Below are positions 10,291 through 19,639 of a stretch of 64,000 bases of DNA, in pieces. The translations under genes and the position numbers were made by a program. Numbering within the stretch: position 1 is the first letter of the stretch; every line of letters starts with the position of its first letter. The notes under the pieces are model-generated. The model ran no database searches and was not told where the DNA came from. It saw nothing but the letters and a program-made list of their open reading frames with translations. Source of the DNA: Candidatus Krumholzibacteriia bacterium (GTDB lineage: Bacteria > Krumholzibacteriota > Krumholzibacteriia > LZORAL124-64-63); contig JBFXKG010000003.1 of assembly GCA_050174015.1 (NCBI GenBank), forward strand, positions 64,001 through 128,000, given 5' to 3'.

Positions 10291-11284
10291 GCCGACGAGC
10301 CCCGGCATCGCCGGGACCGTTTTCACGCCGCCGCTTCTGCTGCTGCCGCTGCTCCTGCTGTCGCTGTCGCCGGCGGGGTGCTCCCCCGAGCGCGACCCCC
10401 TGGAGCTGTTCGTCCAGGACGGCGTGGGGCAGCTGGTGGTCGAGGGCGTGCTGATCGTGGACCAGCCCCTGCCCGCGGTGCGTCTGTCGCGGACCATGCC
10501 TCCCCAGGAACCCTTCTCCTGGGCGGATGCGCGGGAGGACGGCGCCGCCGTCCGGATCCTGATCGACGGCGTGGAGGAGGCGCCCTACCGCCAGAGCTGG
10601 CTCGCCGGCGGGGTCTACGTTCCCCAGGCCCAGGAGCCCCCGGTCGTCCAGCCGTCGACGACCTACGAACTGGCGGTGACCACCGGGACCGGAGAGACTC
10701 TCCGGGCCGTGACCGCCACGCCCCGGCGTTTCGCCGTCGATTCCTGGACCCTGCTGGACACAGAGGGGCAGGACGTGCTGCGGAACCTGCAGACCTTCCG
10801 GGAGGCGGGCGGGCTGATCTACGAAGCCCCGGAGAACCAGCTCGCCTACGGGGAAGGATTGCTGGAGACCCGATTCACCGGGACCACGGCCGCGGATCTG
10901 GAGGCGGCGGGGTTCCAGCTGGCGCTGTTCAGCCTGGACCTGGGCTCGGATTACGTCATCGATCCCCCGTTCTTCGATGACGAGGACTTCGAGTCCCTGG
11001 ACCGGGTGGGATCGTCGCCGGCGGTGACGGCCGAGCGGGGGGCGGTGCGGCTGCCCTGGTTCAGCATCTACTACGAGGGCCGCCACCTGTACAAGGTCTT
11101 CGCGGTGGACCGCAACTGGTTCGACTACATCCGCAGCGTCCCGGAGGCCGACGTGGGGCTGGGTTTCGGCGGCAACGCCGGCGACAACTTCGCCAGCCCC
11201 ATCTTCAACGTGGACGGCGGCATCGGCCTGTTCGCGTCGGCTTCGGTGGATTCGGTGGGCTTCACCATCCACCCCGCGGAGTGA
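10280..11284 (+). CDS. DUF4249-like lipoprotein partner of the TonB-dependent receptor
   Basis: Lipobox AGC; C-terminal 'NVDGGIGLF'; overlaps the receptor stop. Confidence 0.7.
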   Translation: MNSRPTSPGIAGTVFTPPLLLLPLLLLSLSPAGCSPERDPLELFVQDGVGQLVVEGVLIVDQPLPAVRLSRTMPPQEPFSWADAREDGAAVRILIDGVEEAPYRQSWLAGGVYVPQAQEPPVVQPSTTYELAVTTGTGETLRAVTATPRRFAVDSWTLLDTEGQDVLRNLQTFREAGGLIYEAPENQLAYGEGLLETRFTGTTAADLEAAGFQLALFSLDLGSDYVIDPPFFDDEDFESLDRVGSSPAVTAERGAVRLPWFSIYYEGRHLYKVFAVDRNWFDYIRSVPEADVGLGFGGNAGDNFASPIFNVDGGIGLFASASVDSVGFTIHPAE

Positions 11285-11288
11285 CCCG

Positions 11289-11708
11289 TCAGGCGATGGC
11301 GATCAGGGTCAGCTCGAACGTCAGGTCCTGACCCGCCAGGGGGTGGTTGGCGTCGAGGGTGAGCATCTCCTCGTCGAGCTCGATGATCCGCACGGGAATG
11401 GAGCCCTCGGGACTGTTCATCTGCAGCATCATGCCGACCTCGGGCTCGATGTCCTCGGGCAGGGTGGCCCGGGGGATCTGCCCGATCATCTCCTCGCGGG
11501 CTTCGCCGTAGGCGTCGGCGCACGCGATGGTCACGGTCCGGGTCTCGTCCACCTGCATCCCGGTGACGGCCTGCTCGAACCCGGGAATCACCGAACCTTC
11601 ACCCACGGTGAACTCGATGGGGTCGCGGCCCTCGGAGCTGTCGAACACGGTGCCGTCGCCCAGGGTGCCCTTGTAATGGACCTTCACGGTCTTGCCGGCT
11701 TCGATCAT
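11289..11708 (-). CDS. FKBP-type peptidyl-prolyl isomerase (SlyD/SlpA-like, no His tail)
   Basis: VHYKGTL.DG.VFDSS, AYG, DANHPLAG; GGAA/GAGG RBS before ATG 11708. Confidence 0.9.
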   Translation of the reverse strand: MIEAGKTVKVHYKGTLGDGTVFDSSEGRDPIEFTVGEGSVIPGFEQAVTGMQVDETRTVTIACADAYGEAREEMIGQIPRATLPEDIEPEVGMMLQMNSPEGSIPVRIIELDEEMLTLDANHPLAGQDLTFELTLIAIA

Positions 11709-12179
11709 GTTTCGGATTTCCTCCTTGCTGCTGGAATCACCGGACCGAAACATGGCAGCAGCATGAGCCGGCTCCGCGGGGGGCGTAGCCGCCCGGGTCT
11801 GCCCCCAACCTACCCTTCGAGGCCGGAAACGCAAGAGTGAACTGCCCGGGAGCCTCTCCGGGAATCCCGTGCCCGCGGCCCTGCGGACAAAGCCCCGCGA
11901 ATTGAGTGCGGGTCGATTATCGCCTCCTGGCGGCTCCAACGTGCCGGCGCTTCCTCCTCCCGAGCCGGGCAAATGCTGATCGCCTCGATCGCGTCCGCCA
12001 CGGCGATCCGTCGGGATCTCTCCCGGTGTTCCCGGGCCCCAGTTTCGCAGCATGATGGGCGGATTGATGTTTATTTATTCAATTTCAGTCGGTTAACATT
12101 CCACCCGCCGTAAGACCCCACCCTTGTGGCTTGCCTCATCTGGGGCCTCCCATCCCTGCCGCCTCGCTTCAGGTGCGGG

Positions 12180-13322
12180 TTACCCCTGCGATATCGGCTC
12201 CGGTGAGGGCAATTCCAGCGGCCTCGCTTCTTGAGCCGGCAACCCCTGCGCTCCCTGCGCCTTCTCGTGGATGTGCCGGTGGCAGGCGCCGCACAGGGTG
12301 ATCAGGTTGTCGGGCCTGTTCGTGCCGCCGCGGGCCCGCGGCAGGACGTGATGAACCTCCAAAAACCGGGTGTTCCTGCAACCGGGCCCCTGGCAGCGGT
12401 GCCCGTCCCGGGCCAGGACCCGCCGCCGCACCCGGGGCGCAATGGTGGCGTTGTTGCGCCCGGTCCGGGGATCTTCGCTGCGGGAATCGCAGGTCACGCG
12501 TCCGGCATCCCCTGGGCCGAGGGTCAGATCCCCCCGGCTGGTCGCAGCCGAAAAACGACCGCAATCGGGGCATTGGCGTACGTGAACCTGGAAAGAGGTC
12601 CCCCGGGGGGCCCGCTCGGGGAGGGTGGTGGAGGCTCCGGCGGAGGCCCCGGCCTGGGTGTCGACCTGCCCCCTGCCCAGGGCGTCCTCCAGCAACGAAT
12701 CCAACCCGGCAAGGATGCGCTCGACCCGACCCCCGCCGACGCCCGACTTGGCCAGCCTCTCCTGAAGGGCCTCGAACCGGGCGAACTGTTCGGGGGTCAT
12801 CTCCAGGGACACCTTGACGGGGACGGCCGCGGCCAGCCGCCGTTCGGCCGGGGCCGCGGGGATCAGTTCCCCCTGTCCGGGCGAGGTCCTCAGGTCGGCG
12901 GCCTGGGCCCGGACCCTGGCGACGTTCTCCGCCAGCCTGTCCCTCGGGGTCGAGCACGCCGCTTCCACCCAGGTCTTCTCGGTGGCGGGGGTAGCGACCT
13001 TGATGATCTCGCGGGCCTTGGTGTAGCCGATCTTCCCGGTCTCCAGGGATTTCTTGACCTCCGGCAGGTCGTCCAGCTTCCGGGCCATGCGGACGAAATC
13101 CCCGGTCCTGGTCCGGGAGAAGCCGAGCCCCTTCTGGGCGTAGATCTGGATGGAGGCGAACCCGAGATCCCGGTAGAGACCTCGGGCCATGATGTCGGCG
13201 AACCAGAGGACGGCGCAGTGGCGGGCCTGGTCCATGATCCGGACGGACTGCTGGAGGGCGGCGTGGGGGGCGGAAGCCGGCTGGCCGGGCTGGAAGACGG
13301 GGATGGGGGCGCTGGAAGGCAT
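12180..13322 (-). CDS. HNH endonuclease with DUF222-like N-terminal region
   Basis: RDGHRCQGPGC...LEVHHVLPRARGGTNRPDNLITLCGACHRHIH; extra CPDC. Confidence 0.85.
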   Translation of the reverse strand: MPSSAPIPVFQPGQPASAPHAALQQSVRIMDQARHCAVLWFADIMARGLYRDLGFASIQIYAQKGLGFSRTRTGDFVRMARKLDDLPEVKKSLETGKIGYTKAREIIKVATPATEKTWVEAACSTPRDRLAENVARVRAQAADLRTSPGQGELIPAAPAERRLAAAVPVKVSLEMTPEQFARFEALQERLAKSGVGGGRVERILAGLDSLLEDALGRGQVDTQAGASAGASTTLPERAPRGTSFQVHVRQCPDCGRFSAATSRGDLTLGPGDAGRVTCDSRSEDPRTGRNNATIAPRVRRRVLARDGHRCQGPGCRNTRFLEVHHVLPRARGGTNRPDNLITLCGACHRHIHEKAQGAQGLPAQEARPLELPSPEPISQG

Positions 13323-13363
13323 ATTTCTCCCCCTGGGAATCCGGGAGGAGTGGACTTGAGAAT

Positions 13364-13392
13364 ATTATAGCGAAAATTTGGCGAAAACGCAA
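13364..13392 (-). promoter_or_regulatory. Sigma-70-type promoter of the HNH gene
   Basis: Minus strand reads TTGCGT-N17-TATAAT, about 40 nt upstream of the ATG. Confidence 0.6.
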
Positions 13393-13663
13393 GGGAAAAA
13401 GAAAGAAAAATCCCCAAAAATTCGAACCCGGCTGTCCTGCCGGACCACGGGCTCTCGGGGGACTCATCGAAATTCCTGACGAACCATGCCAAAGCTGGGA
13501 TCTGGGACACGCCCGTTCAGGCCGTGTCAGCCAAGTCATTGAAAAATGATGTGCTTCAACAGCACGCCAAGGCCCGAAAGTGGCCCCACGCAACGCTTGA
13601 TCCGCAAGCGGCGTTACGGTGGTGGGAGGCCGGTGAAAGGTACTGAAAGGAGTTTACCAGCTT

Positions 13664-14209
13664 TCACGAAGACATACAAAAAACCCGCACCGCCGGAACG
13701 CCCTTGATTGACCTCAAGATCGGTTCGCAACCGCCATCGATACTCTCTGGGGTAGTATCCCCAAAGCGCCCCGCGATCTCGTTTGCATCGTCTGAATGGC
13801 GAGTCGCATGGGATTTATTAGACAAAAACGCCTCGGCGAGTGGAATACAGAAATGCGCACCTAGCTTTTCCTCAAGCTGCCCCAGGAAGCGAAGCGCCGC
13901 CAAAAGGGAAACGGCGCCCGGGCCCCAGTACCACCCCCGGCCGCGCTCGAATTCTCCGCGGATTACTGGGTTTCCCGATACCTCATGCCGGGTGCTGAGT
14001 ACACCCTCGAGAACCACCACAGGTTTCGCCGGCTCCCTTTTCACCAATTCAACGACCAGGGCTACTGCTTTTCCAAACTGGAGTTGCTCCCTGATACCTG
14101 ATGCCTGGGACACGACACCACAGGTGGCACGACTCGCTGAGTAACCCAAATCTACCGCGATAATCGAGGCCGCTTTTTTGTCGGGCAGCACGGATGTAAA
14201 TGTTGCCAT
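13664..14209 (-). CDS. Hypothetical low-GC protein, possible RNase H-fold (DUF429-like) nuclease
   Basis: 'IIAVDLG', 'VVLEG', 'AEAF', 'HSDDA' acidic pattern; visibly more AT-rich than neighbouring genes. Confidence 0.55.
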   Translation of the reverse strand: MATFTSVLPDKKAASIIAVDLGYSASRATCGVVSQASGIREQLQFGKAVALVVELVKREPAKPVVVLEGVLSTRHEVSGNPVIRGEFERGRGWYWGPGAVSLLAALRFLGQLEEKLGAHFCIPLAEAFLSNKSHATRHSDDANEIAGRFGDTTPESIDGGCEPILRSIKGVPAVRVFCMSS

Positions 14210-14286
14210 TTTTGCCTCTTAGGCAACGAATCACGTTGACCATGGCTCATAGATCCACGCCACAGGACCGGGGAAACCCCCGAGAA

Positions 14287-16569
14287 TCATTTGACGAGCG
14301 TCAGCTTGGTCACCGCCGAAGCCGGACCGTTCACCATGCGGGCGAAGTAGACCCCGCTGGCGCACCGGGAGCCGTCGTCGGCGCACCCGTCCCAGGGGCG
14401 CTGGTGGGCGCCGGCCGTCAAAACCTCGTCGACCAGGGTCCGCACCAGACGGCCTTGCAGGTCGTGGATGGTCAGGCGGACGGACCCGCCGGCCGGTGCG
14501 GTGAAGGCGACGGTCGTCAGCGGGTTGAAGGGGTTGGGCCACGCCTCGACCTCGGCGGCGAAGACCGGCCGGGGCACGCTGGAGCTGTCGTCCGGGACCT
14601 GCTTCTGGATGATGAAGTCGTCCAGGAAGAACCCCGCGCCGTTCACGGTGGAGTCGCTGTCCAGGCGGAACCGGAACCGGACGTCTGATTGGCCGATGAC
14701 CGGGGCGAGATCGACCACGTTCAACACCCACGAGGCCTGGAGGCCCTCGAAGACCGGCGCGCCCGAAGGCAACTGGACGCCGCTGCCGCTGGCGGGCAAG
14801 GTGTACGTGGTGGTGACGCCCGACCATGTGGTCCCCCCGTTGACGGATGCCAGGAGGAAGCAGGCGTCCCAGTTCTCCTCGATGTCCCAGTGGGCCCAGA
14901 ACCGCAGCTCGGCCGTGACGGCGTCGCTCAGGTCCACGCCCGCGGACATGGTCATGGCGTTGCTGCTGTCGCTCGCATAGTCGGCCCCGGGGCTGTCCTC
15001 GAGGCTGTTCGCCGAATCGTGGCCCTCGGCGGGGACGGCCAGGCCCCAGCCGCCCGTCCAGCCGGCGGTCCCGGTTTCGAAGTCGGAGGTGAACAGGGTG
15101 ACGGTCTCCATGGGACCGAGGGGCTCCAGGGCGGCGTCCAGGACGTCGGCCACGCCCCAGGTGCAGCCGACGCCGGTGACGGAAAGGGACGTGTAGCCCG
15201 GGGCGCTGAAGGTCAGGTCGAAGGTCCCGGTGGGCAGCAGCTTGTAATAGTCGCCGTGCTCGGGATCGGTGTGGACGGGCATGGCGTTGCCGGCGACGGT
15301 GATCGTGGCGTCCAGGGGCAGGCCCGTCTGGGCGTCGGTGACCACGCCGGAGATCCCGTGGCGAGCGGCGGCGATGTAGTGCAGCAGGCTTTCCCGGTTG
15401 TCGTTCCAGTAGGTGTCGAGCTGCGCGGGGGACGGCCACTTGGTGTTGCCCAGTTCGACGGTGACGTCGATGCAGTCGGTGGCGTAGTAGGACCCATCCT
15501 GGAGCGTGCCGGTGGCGATGTACCAGTCGGCCCCGTTGGTGATGCCCTGGGGAAAGCTGCCGTTGTACATGGGCAGGTAGTAGGTGGAGTACTCCAGGCT
15601 GAGCTGGATGAGCGCCGCATCGTCGGGCGCGCGCGTGTAGGTGTAGTCCCAGGGATAGTTCACGACAAGGGCCCCGCCGTGGCCGTTCTGGCTGATCACG
15701 AAGTGATGGGCGTTCGCGTAGGCCATGAAGGCTGTGGTCTCCACCTCCATCGTGGCATGCGTCCCGGCGGGGTCGGGGTAGTTGCGGTTCAGGTCAACGC
15801 CGTTGGCGTTGCTGCGCCAGGCCAAGGCGTAACCATCGGGGTTGTGCAGCGGCATGATGTGGATCTCGGCGCCGTCCACCAGGGCGGTGAGGTCCTCGAA
15901 CCCGGGTTGCCCGTAGTTGTCCAGCAGGTGGTGGGCCAGGTTCCACAGCAGGACCAGGCCGACGGTCTCGTTCCCGTGGATGGTGCTCGACAGACGCACC
16001 TCGGGTTCGGGTTCGGTATTGTGGACGTCGTCGGAGATCACGATGCCCCACAGTTCGCGGCCCTGCACCGAGGTCCCCCAGGTGAAGGTCCGCGCCAGGG
16101 TGGGGTGGGCGGCCGCCAGGGCGGCGAAGTCCGAGCCGACCTGGGCGTGGGTGGGATAGTAGAGGGCCTTGGCGGGATCGAGACCCGCGAAACCTTTGGC
16201 GGCCTGTTCGGCCCAGGCTTCCTCGGTCGCGCGGCGCCCCTCCCGGTCCAGGTCGGGCAGGCGCGTGAACCGGTAGCCGGCGGCCTCCAGGTCACGGGCC
16301 TCCGCGGCGGTCACCCGGGGCGTGAACACGATGCCGCCGGAGCGGTGGTCGGGCCGGATCTGATCCCTGTCGAACGCGGCCAGAGGGACTGCCTCCAGGA
16401 GCCGTGACAGCTCGGCGGGGGAGGACAGCTCCATCCGGACGGGGAAATCCTCGAAGACCGCGATCTCCCAGAGGGGGAGGCCGCGGCCGTCGGTGGGAAT
16501 GGCTGCAGCGAGGGCTGCCGAGGAACCAAGAATATGGAGGACAAGGACATAAGCCCATGTTCGTTTCAT
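14287..16569 (-). CDS. Secreted M14 (CPD/N-E-like) zinc carboxypeptidase with FlgD-Ig C-terminal domain
   Basis: HGNE, RSNANGVDLNRNYP, HGG, TVELG; transthyretin-like domain; PNPFNP tail. Confidence 0.9.
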   Translation of the reverse strand: MKRTWAYVLVLHILGSSAALAAAIPTDGRGLPLWEIAVFEDFPVRMELSSPAELSRLLEAVPLAAFDRDQIRPDHRSGGIVFTPRVTAAEARDLEAAGYRFTRLPDLDREGRRATEEAWAEQAAKGFAGLDPAKALYYPTHAQVGSDFAALAAAHPTLARTFTWGTSVQGRELWGIVISDDVHNTEPEPEVRLSSTIHGNETVGLVLLWNLAHHLLDNYGQPGFEDLTALVDGAEIHIMPLHNPDGYALAWRSNANGVDLNRNYPDPAGTHATMEVETTAFMAYANAHHFVISQNGHGGALVVNYPWDYTYTRAPDDAALIQLSLEYSTYYLPMYNGSFPQGITNGADWYIATGTLQDGSYYATDCIDVTVELGNTKWPSPAQLDTYWNDNRESLLHYIAAARHGISGVVTDAQTGLPLDATITVAGNAMPVHTDPEHGDYYKLLPTGTFDLTFSAPGYTSLSVTGVGCTWGVADVLDAALEPLGPMETVTLFTSDFETGTAGWTGGWGLAVPAEGHDSANSLEDSPGADYASDSSNAMTMSAGVDLSDAVTAELRFWAHWDIEENWDACFLLASVNGGTTWSGVTTTYTLPASGSGVQLPSGAPVFEGLQASWVLNVVDLAPVIGQSDVRFRFRLDSDSTVNGAGFFLDDFIIQKQVPDDSSSVPRPVFAAEVEAWPNPFNPLTTVAFTAPAGGSVRLTIHDLQGRLVRTLVDEVLTAGAHQRPWDGCADDGSRCASGVYFARMVNGPASAVTKLTLVK

Positions 16570-16648
16570 CGGGCGGCCTTTCGGATCGAGTGCTGTGGGT
16601 GGGGGGGGACCGAACCCTTGCAGTATTATACCATAATTCCCCGAGTCG

Positions 16649-16679
16649 AAAAAGGGGACCCGGGTCGCCCCGGGTCCCC
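16649..16679 (-). terminator. Intrinsic terminator after the 16707..17654 gene
   Basis: 11-bp stem GGGGACCCGGG/CCCGGGTCCCC followed by T5 on the minus strand. Confidence 0.8.
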
Positions 16680-16706
16680 AGTGGAAGTCTGATGGACGGC
16701 AGCGGA

Positions 16707-17654
16707 CTACCGGAAGAGGGCCTTGACGGCTCCCATGCTGGCGGCCTCGTTGGCCACCGCGCCGGTCGTGCTGGAGAAGTCCATCGTGAAGTCGCCGCAG
16801 GAGTCGGTTCCCCAGCTGTCCAAACCCAGGTAGACCCAGATGTCGCTGCCCGAGTTGTTCGTGTAGCTCAGGACCTCGGCATCGCCGGTGAGGGTGTCGT
16901 CGGCGTAGGCCAGGCAGGTGAACGGCTCGGCGCAGGCGTCAAGCAGCCACAGGGCGCCGTCGGCGGTGCTGGTCACCGTGGCGGTGAAGGTGCTGCCGCT
17001 GGGCATGAAGATCTCGTAGTAGTATTCCAGGCCTGCGTGAGTGTAGGCGGCGCAGTCGAGACCGCCGAGCAGGTTCTGGCCGTTGCAGGTGGTGCCCGTG
17101 AAGGAGTTGCCGGTACCCTGGTCGACCAGGGCGCAGAAGTCCACCGGTTCGGGCGGGGTGACCGAGTTGATGGTGAAGTTGAAGTTGCAGGCGGCGCCGC
17201 TGTAGCCGTCGATCACGAAGTAGAAGTCGCCGGAGACGGGCACGTTGGTCACGACTCCGGAATCGGCGACGATCAGGCAGCCCAGGTCCTCGTCGCAGGA
17301 GTCCAGGACGGCCAGGTCCAGGTCGCAGCCGTTGCCCACGACGCTGGCTTCCCACATGGCGGGCTCGGCCAGGAACAGGTGGTAGACGACTTCCCCGCCG
17401 GATTCCAGCCAGGTGGAGCAGCTGTAGTAGTCCACGTTGTTGGGGGCGCCGACGTTGGTCCCGTAGTAGACGTTGTCCAGGGCGATCTCGACGGCGCCCG
17501 AGCAGTCGAGCAGGCCGGTGGCGCTGCTGATGCCGACGTCGTCCTTCATCACCGGGAACTTGCTGGTGGACTGGAGCGCACCGTCGGGAACGCCGGCAAG
17601 GGCGCCGGCGGCCACGAGCGACACGAGGGCCAGGATGATTAGCTTTTTGAACAT
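16707..17654 (-). CDS. Secreted Cys-rich protein with two internal repeats and a short C-terminal 'SMGAVKALFR' motif
   Basis: MFKK signal peptide, GGAGGGAG RBS, duplicated GT....N....C......G.E..Y units. Confidence 0.8.
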   Translation of the reverse strand: MFKKLIILALVSLVAAGALAGVPDGALQSTSKFPVMKDDVGISSATGLLDCSGAVEIALDNVYYGTNVGAPNNVDYYSCSTWLESGGEVVYHLFLAEPAMWEASVVGNGCDLDLAVLDSCDEDLGCLIVADSGVVTNVPVSGDFYFVIDGYSGAACNFNFTINSVTPPEPVDFCALVDQGTGNSFTGTTCNGQNLLGGLDCAAYTHAGLEYYYEIFMPSGSTFTATVTSTADGALWLLDACAEPFTCLAYADDTLTGDAEVLSYTNNSGSDIWVYLGLDSWGTDSCGDFTMDFSSTTGAVANEAASMGAVKALFR

Positions 17655-17918
17655 GGTAATTCTCCCCTCCTGAGGTGATAGCAGGGCCGGAGGCCTGCAG
17701 GACATGGTGATCTGGACGGGAAGCCACAGAAATTATGGTTCGAATATTCTTCTCCATACTTGCGTACGGACTCCCCATCCCGAAATCAGTCTATCACAGG
17801 ACCAGACCTTAACCAATAATTAATTTATCCAAAAAATCCAATATTGAGCAATATAACATTACATAAAATCAGATCGCCATGACGTGAATCATGGCGATCA
17901 ATTGGACAAGTCCCCCGA

Positions 17919-19601
17919 TTATTTAACGAGAATTCCGGTCCTGGTTGCCTTGCCTTCGGCATGGGACAGAACGAAAAGGTAAATCCCGGATGACTGTTCC
18001 GTGCTCCGTTCATCCCTGCCGTCCCACCGGAGGGCGTGGAATCCGGCCGGCAGGAACCCCGTGTGGATGGTCCGGACGTGGGCGCCCTGGAGGTCGAAGA
18101 CGTCCAGCCGGACCGTCTGCCCGACGTCGAGATCGACGCCCATGGTGGTGGTCGCATTGAACGGACTGGGGTAGGGGGCGGTCAGCTTCAGCGGCGGAGC
18201 CGGGGGAAGGGCGGGGCTTCCCAGGGGCAGCTGGTAGCGGAGGGTCAGGTGATCCTTGCCGGTGCCGGAGCCGTAGGCGTACCCCGTGACGTAAAGGTCG
18301 CCGAAGGGGTCGAGGGCGAGGTCGCGCCCCTCGTCGCTCTGTCCAGCAGGTCCGTCATGCCGAAGGACCCAGAGCTGGTCGCCGGTGTCGGGGTCGTACC
18401 CCACGGTGGCGACGTCCCAGCCCGTACCCGAACCGTCGCTCAGGCCGGTGGCGATCACCACGCCGCCGGGTCCGAGGGCGAGGCGGTTGGCGACGTCATA
18501 CCATCCGGGCGGACCGTCGTAGCCGGGAGCTTCCCAGATGATCGAGCCGTCCGTGCCCGAGAACTTCAGGACCATGAAGTCGTAGTTCCAGAAGGCGTCC
18601 TGGACCCCGGCGACGAGCAGGTTCCCCTGGGCGTCGGCGATCATGTGGCGGGGATTGTCCCCGCCGTGGGCCGGCCCGTCGTAGATGGTGGTCCAGACGG
18701 GGGCGCCGTCGGCGGAACCGTACCTGGCCGCAAGGACGTCGTAGCTGTGGGCGCCGTACCCCTTGTGGCAGACAGCGACGTCGCCGCCGTCGAGGATGGT
18801 CAGCCACCCGCCGGGCGAGGCCAGGTCGGCCACGCCGCCGGTCAGGACTTCCCGCCAGAGCAGGGAACCGTCGGCCGCATCCAGCTTGCGGGTGACGCAG
18901 GCCGCGCCCCCGGATGCGTCGAGGGAGACCCCCGTGACGACCGGATGGCCGTCCGGGCCCACGGCCACATCCCAGGCCACGTCGTCCAGGCCGGACGTCG
19001 TGCCGTGGAAATCGCTCCAGAGGATCCGGCCGGTCACCCCCGCCAGCTTCATGGTCAGCATCTGGATGCCCTCGCCGGGCTTGTTGCCGCGGCCGGCGAT
19101 GACGACGTCGTCCCGGGCGTCGCAGGCCACCGCCAGGGCGGCCTCATCCAGTCCTTCGGAACCTTGGTAGTGCTGAGACCAGAGAACCTCCCCGGTCGCG
19201 CCGTCCAGCTTGAGGACGACGACGTCGTCGCCCTGTCCTCAGCCCACGCAGCCGCGGATGTACCCCGCGACGATCAGCTGGCCCACCGAATCCCAGGTCA
19301 TGTCGGTGACGGCGACATCCTTGTCGTCGTAGCCCTCGTAGCGCCTCTGCCAGATCTCGTGGCCGTCGGTGCGGTCCAGCTTGCGGATGGCCAGATCGAT
19401 GCCGCCGACGCCGTCGGCGGATTCCCCGGCGACCACGGCGTGGCCGGCGGGGTCGCTCAGGATCCGGAATCCGTCGTCGGTGAAAAGGCCACCGCCGTCA
19501 TGGCCGTCCGACCACATGAAGGTGGGCGGTGCGGCCGGAACGGAGGCCGCCGCCATCAGGACCAGGGCGGCCAGGCACCCGCGTGTCGTCAGTCTCCTCA
19601 T
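17919..19601 (-). CDS. Putative secreted selenoprotein: beta-propeller repeats plus FlgD-Ig tail; in-frame TGA (19241-19239) read as Sec121 in C-V-G-U; 560 aa
   Basis: ORFs 19239..19643 and 17919..19130 share a frame; the 36 intervening codons (GQGDDVVVLKLDGATGEVLWSQHYQGSEGLDEAALA) continue the propeller repeat; CAGGAGG RBS before ATG 19601. Confidence 0.7.
19212..19240 (-). promoter_or_regulatory. Candidate bacterial SECIS hairpin
   Basis: mRNA reads UGA GGAC AGGGCGACG-ACGU-CGUCGUCCU: a 9-bp stem (one G-U) starting 5 nt after the UGA. Confidence 0.45.
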
Positions 19602-19639
19602 CGATTCCTCCTGCCGTTTCCCGGATCGAGTGTCCACGG

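Noticed and set aside
11720..12170. tRNA or known ncRNA between the FKBP and HNH genes
   Set aside because: No cloverleaf, T-loop (GTTCRA) or recognisable Rfam motif by eye; an Infernal scan would be needed to exclude one.
13585..13626. Integron attC site after the low-GC gene
   Set aside because: The AAC...GTT inverted repeat is only about 30 nt, the boxes fit poorly, and there is no integrase or second cassette.
19131..19241. Frameshifted pseudogene or two separate genes
   Set aside because: Both parts are in the same frame with no indel, and the downstream ORF has no signal peptide or convincing RBS. A plain nonsense mutation remains possible but is less parsimonious given the CxxU context.
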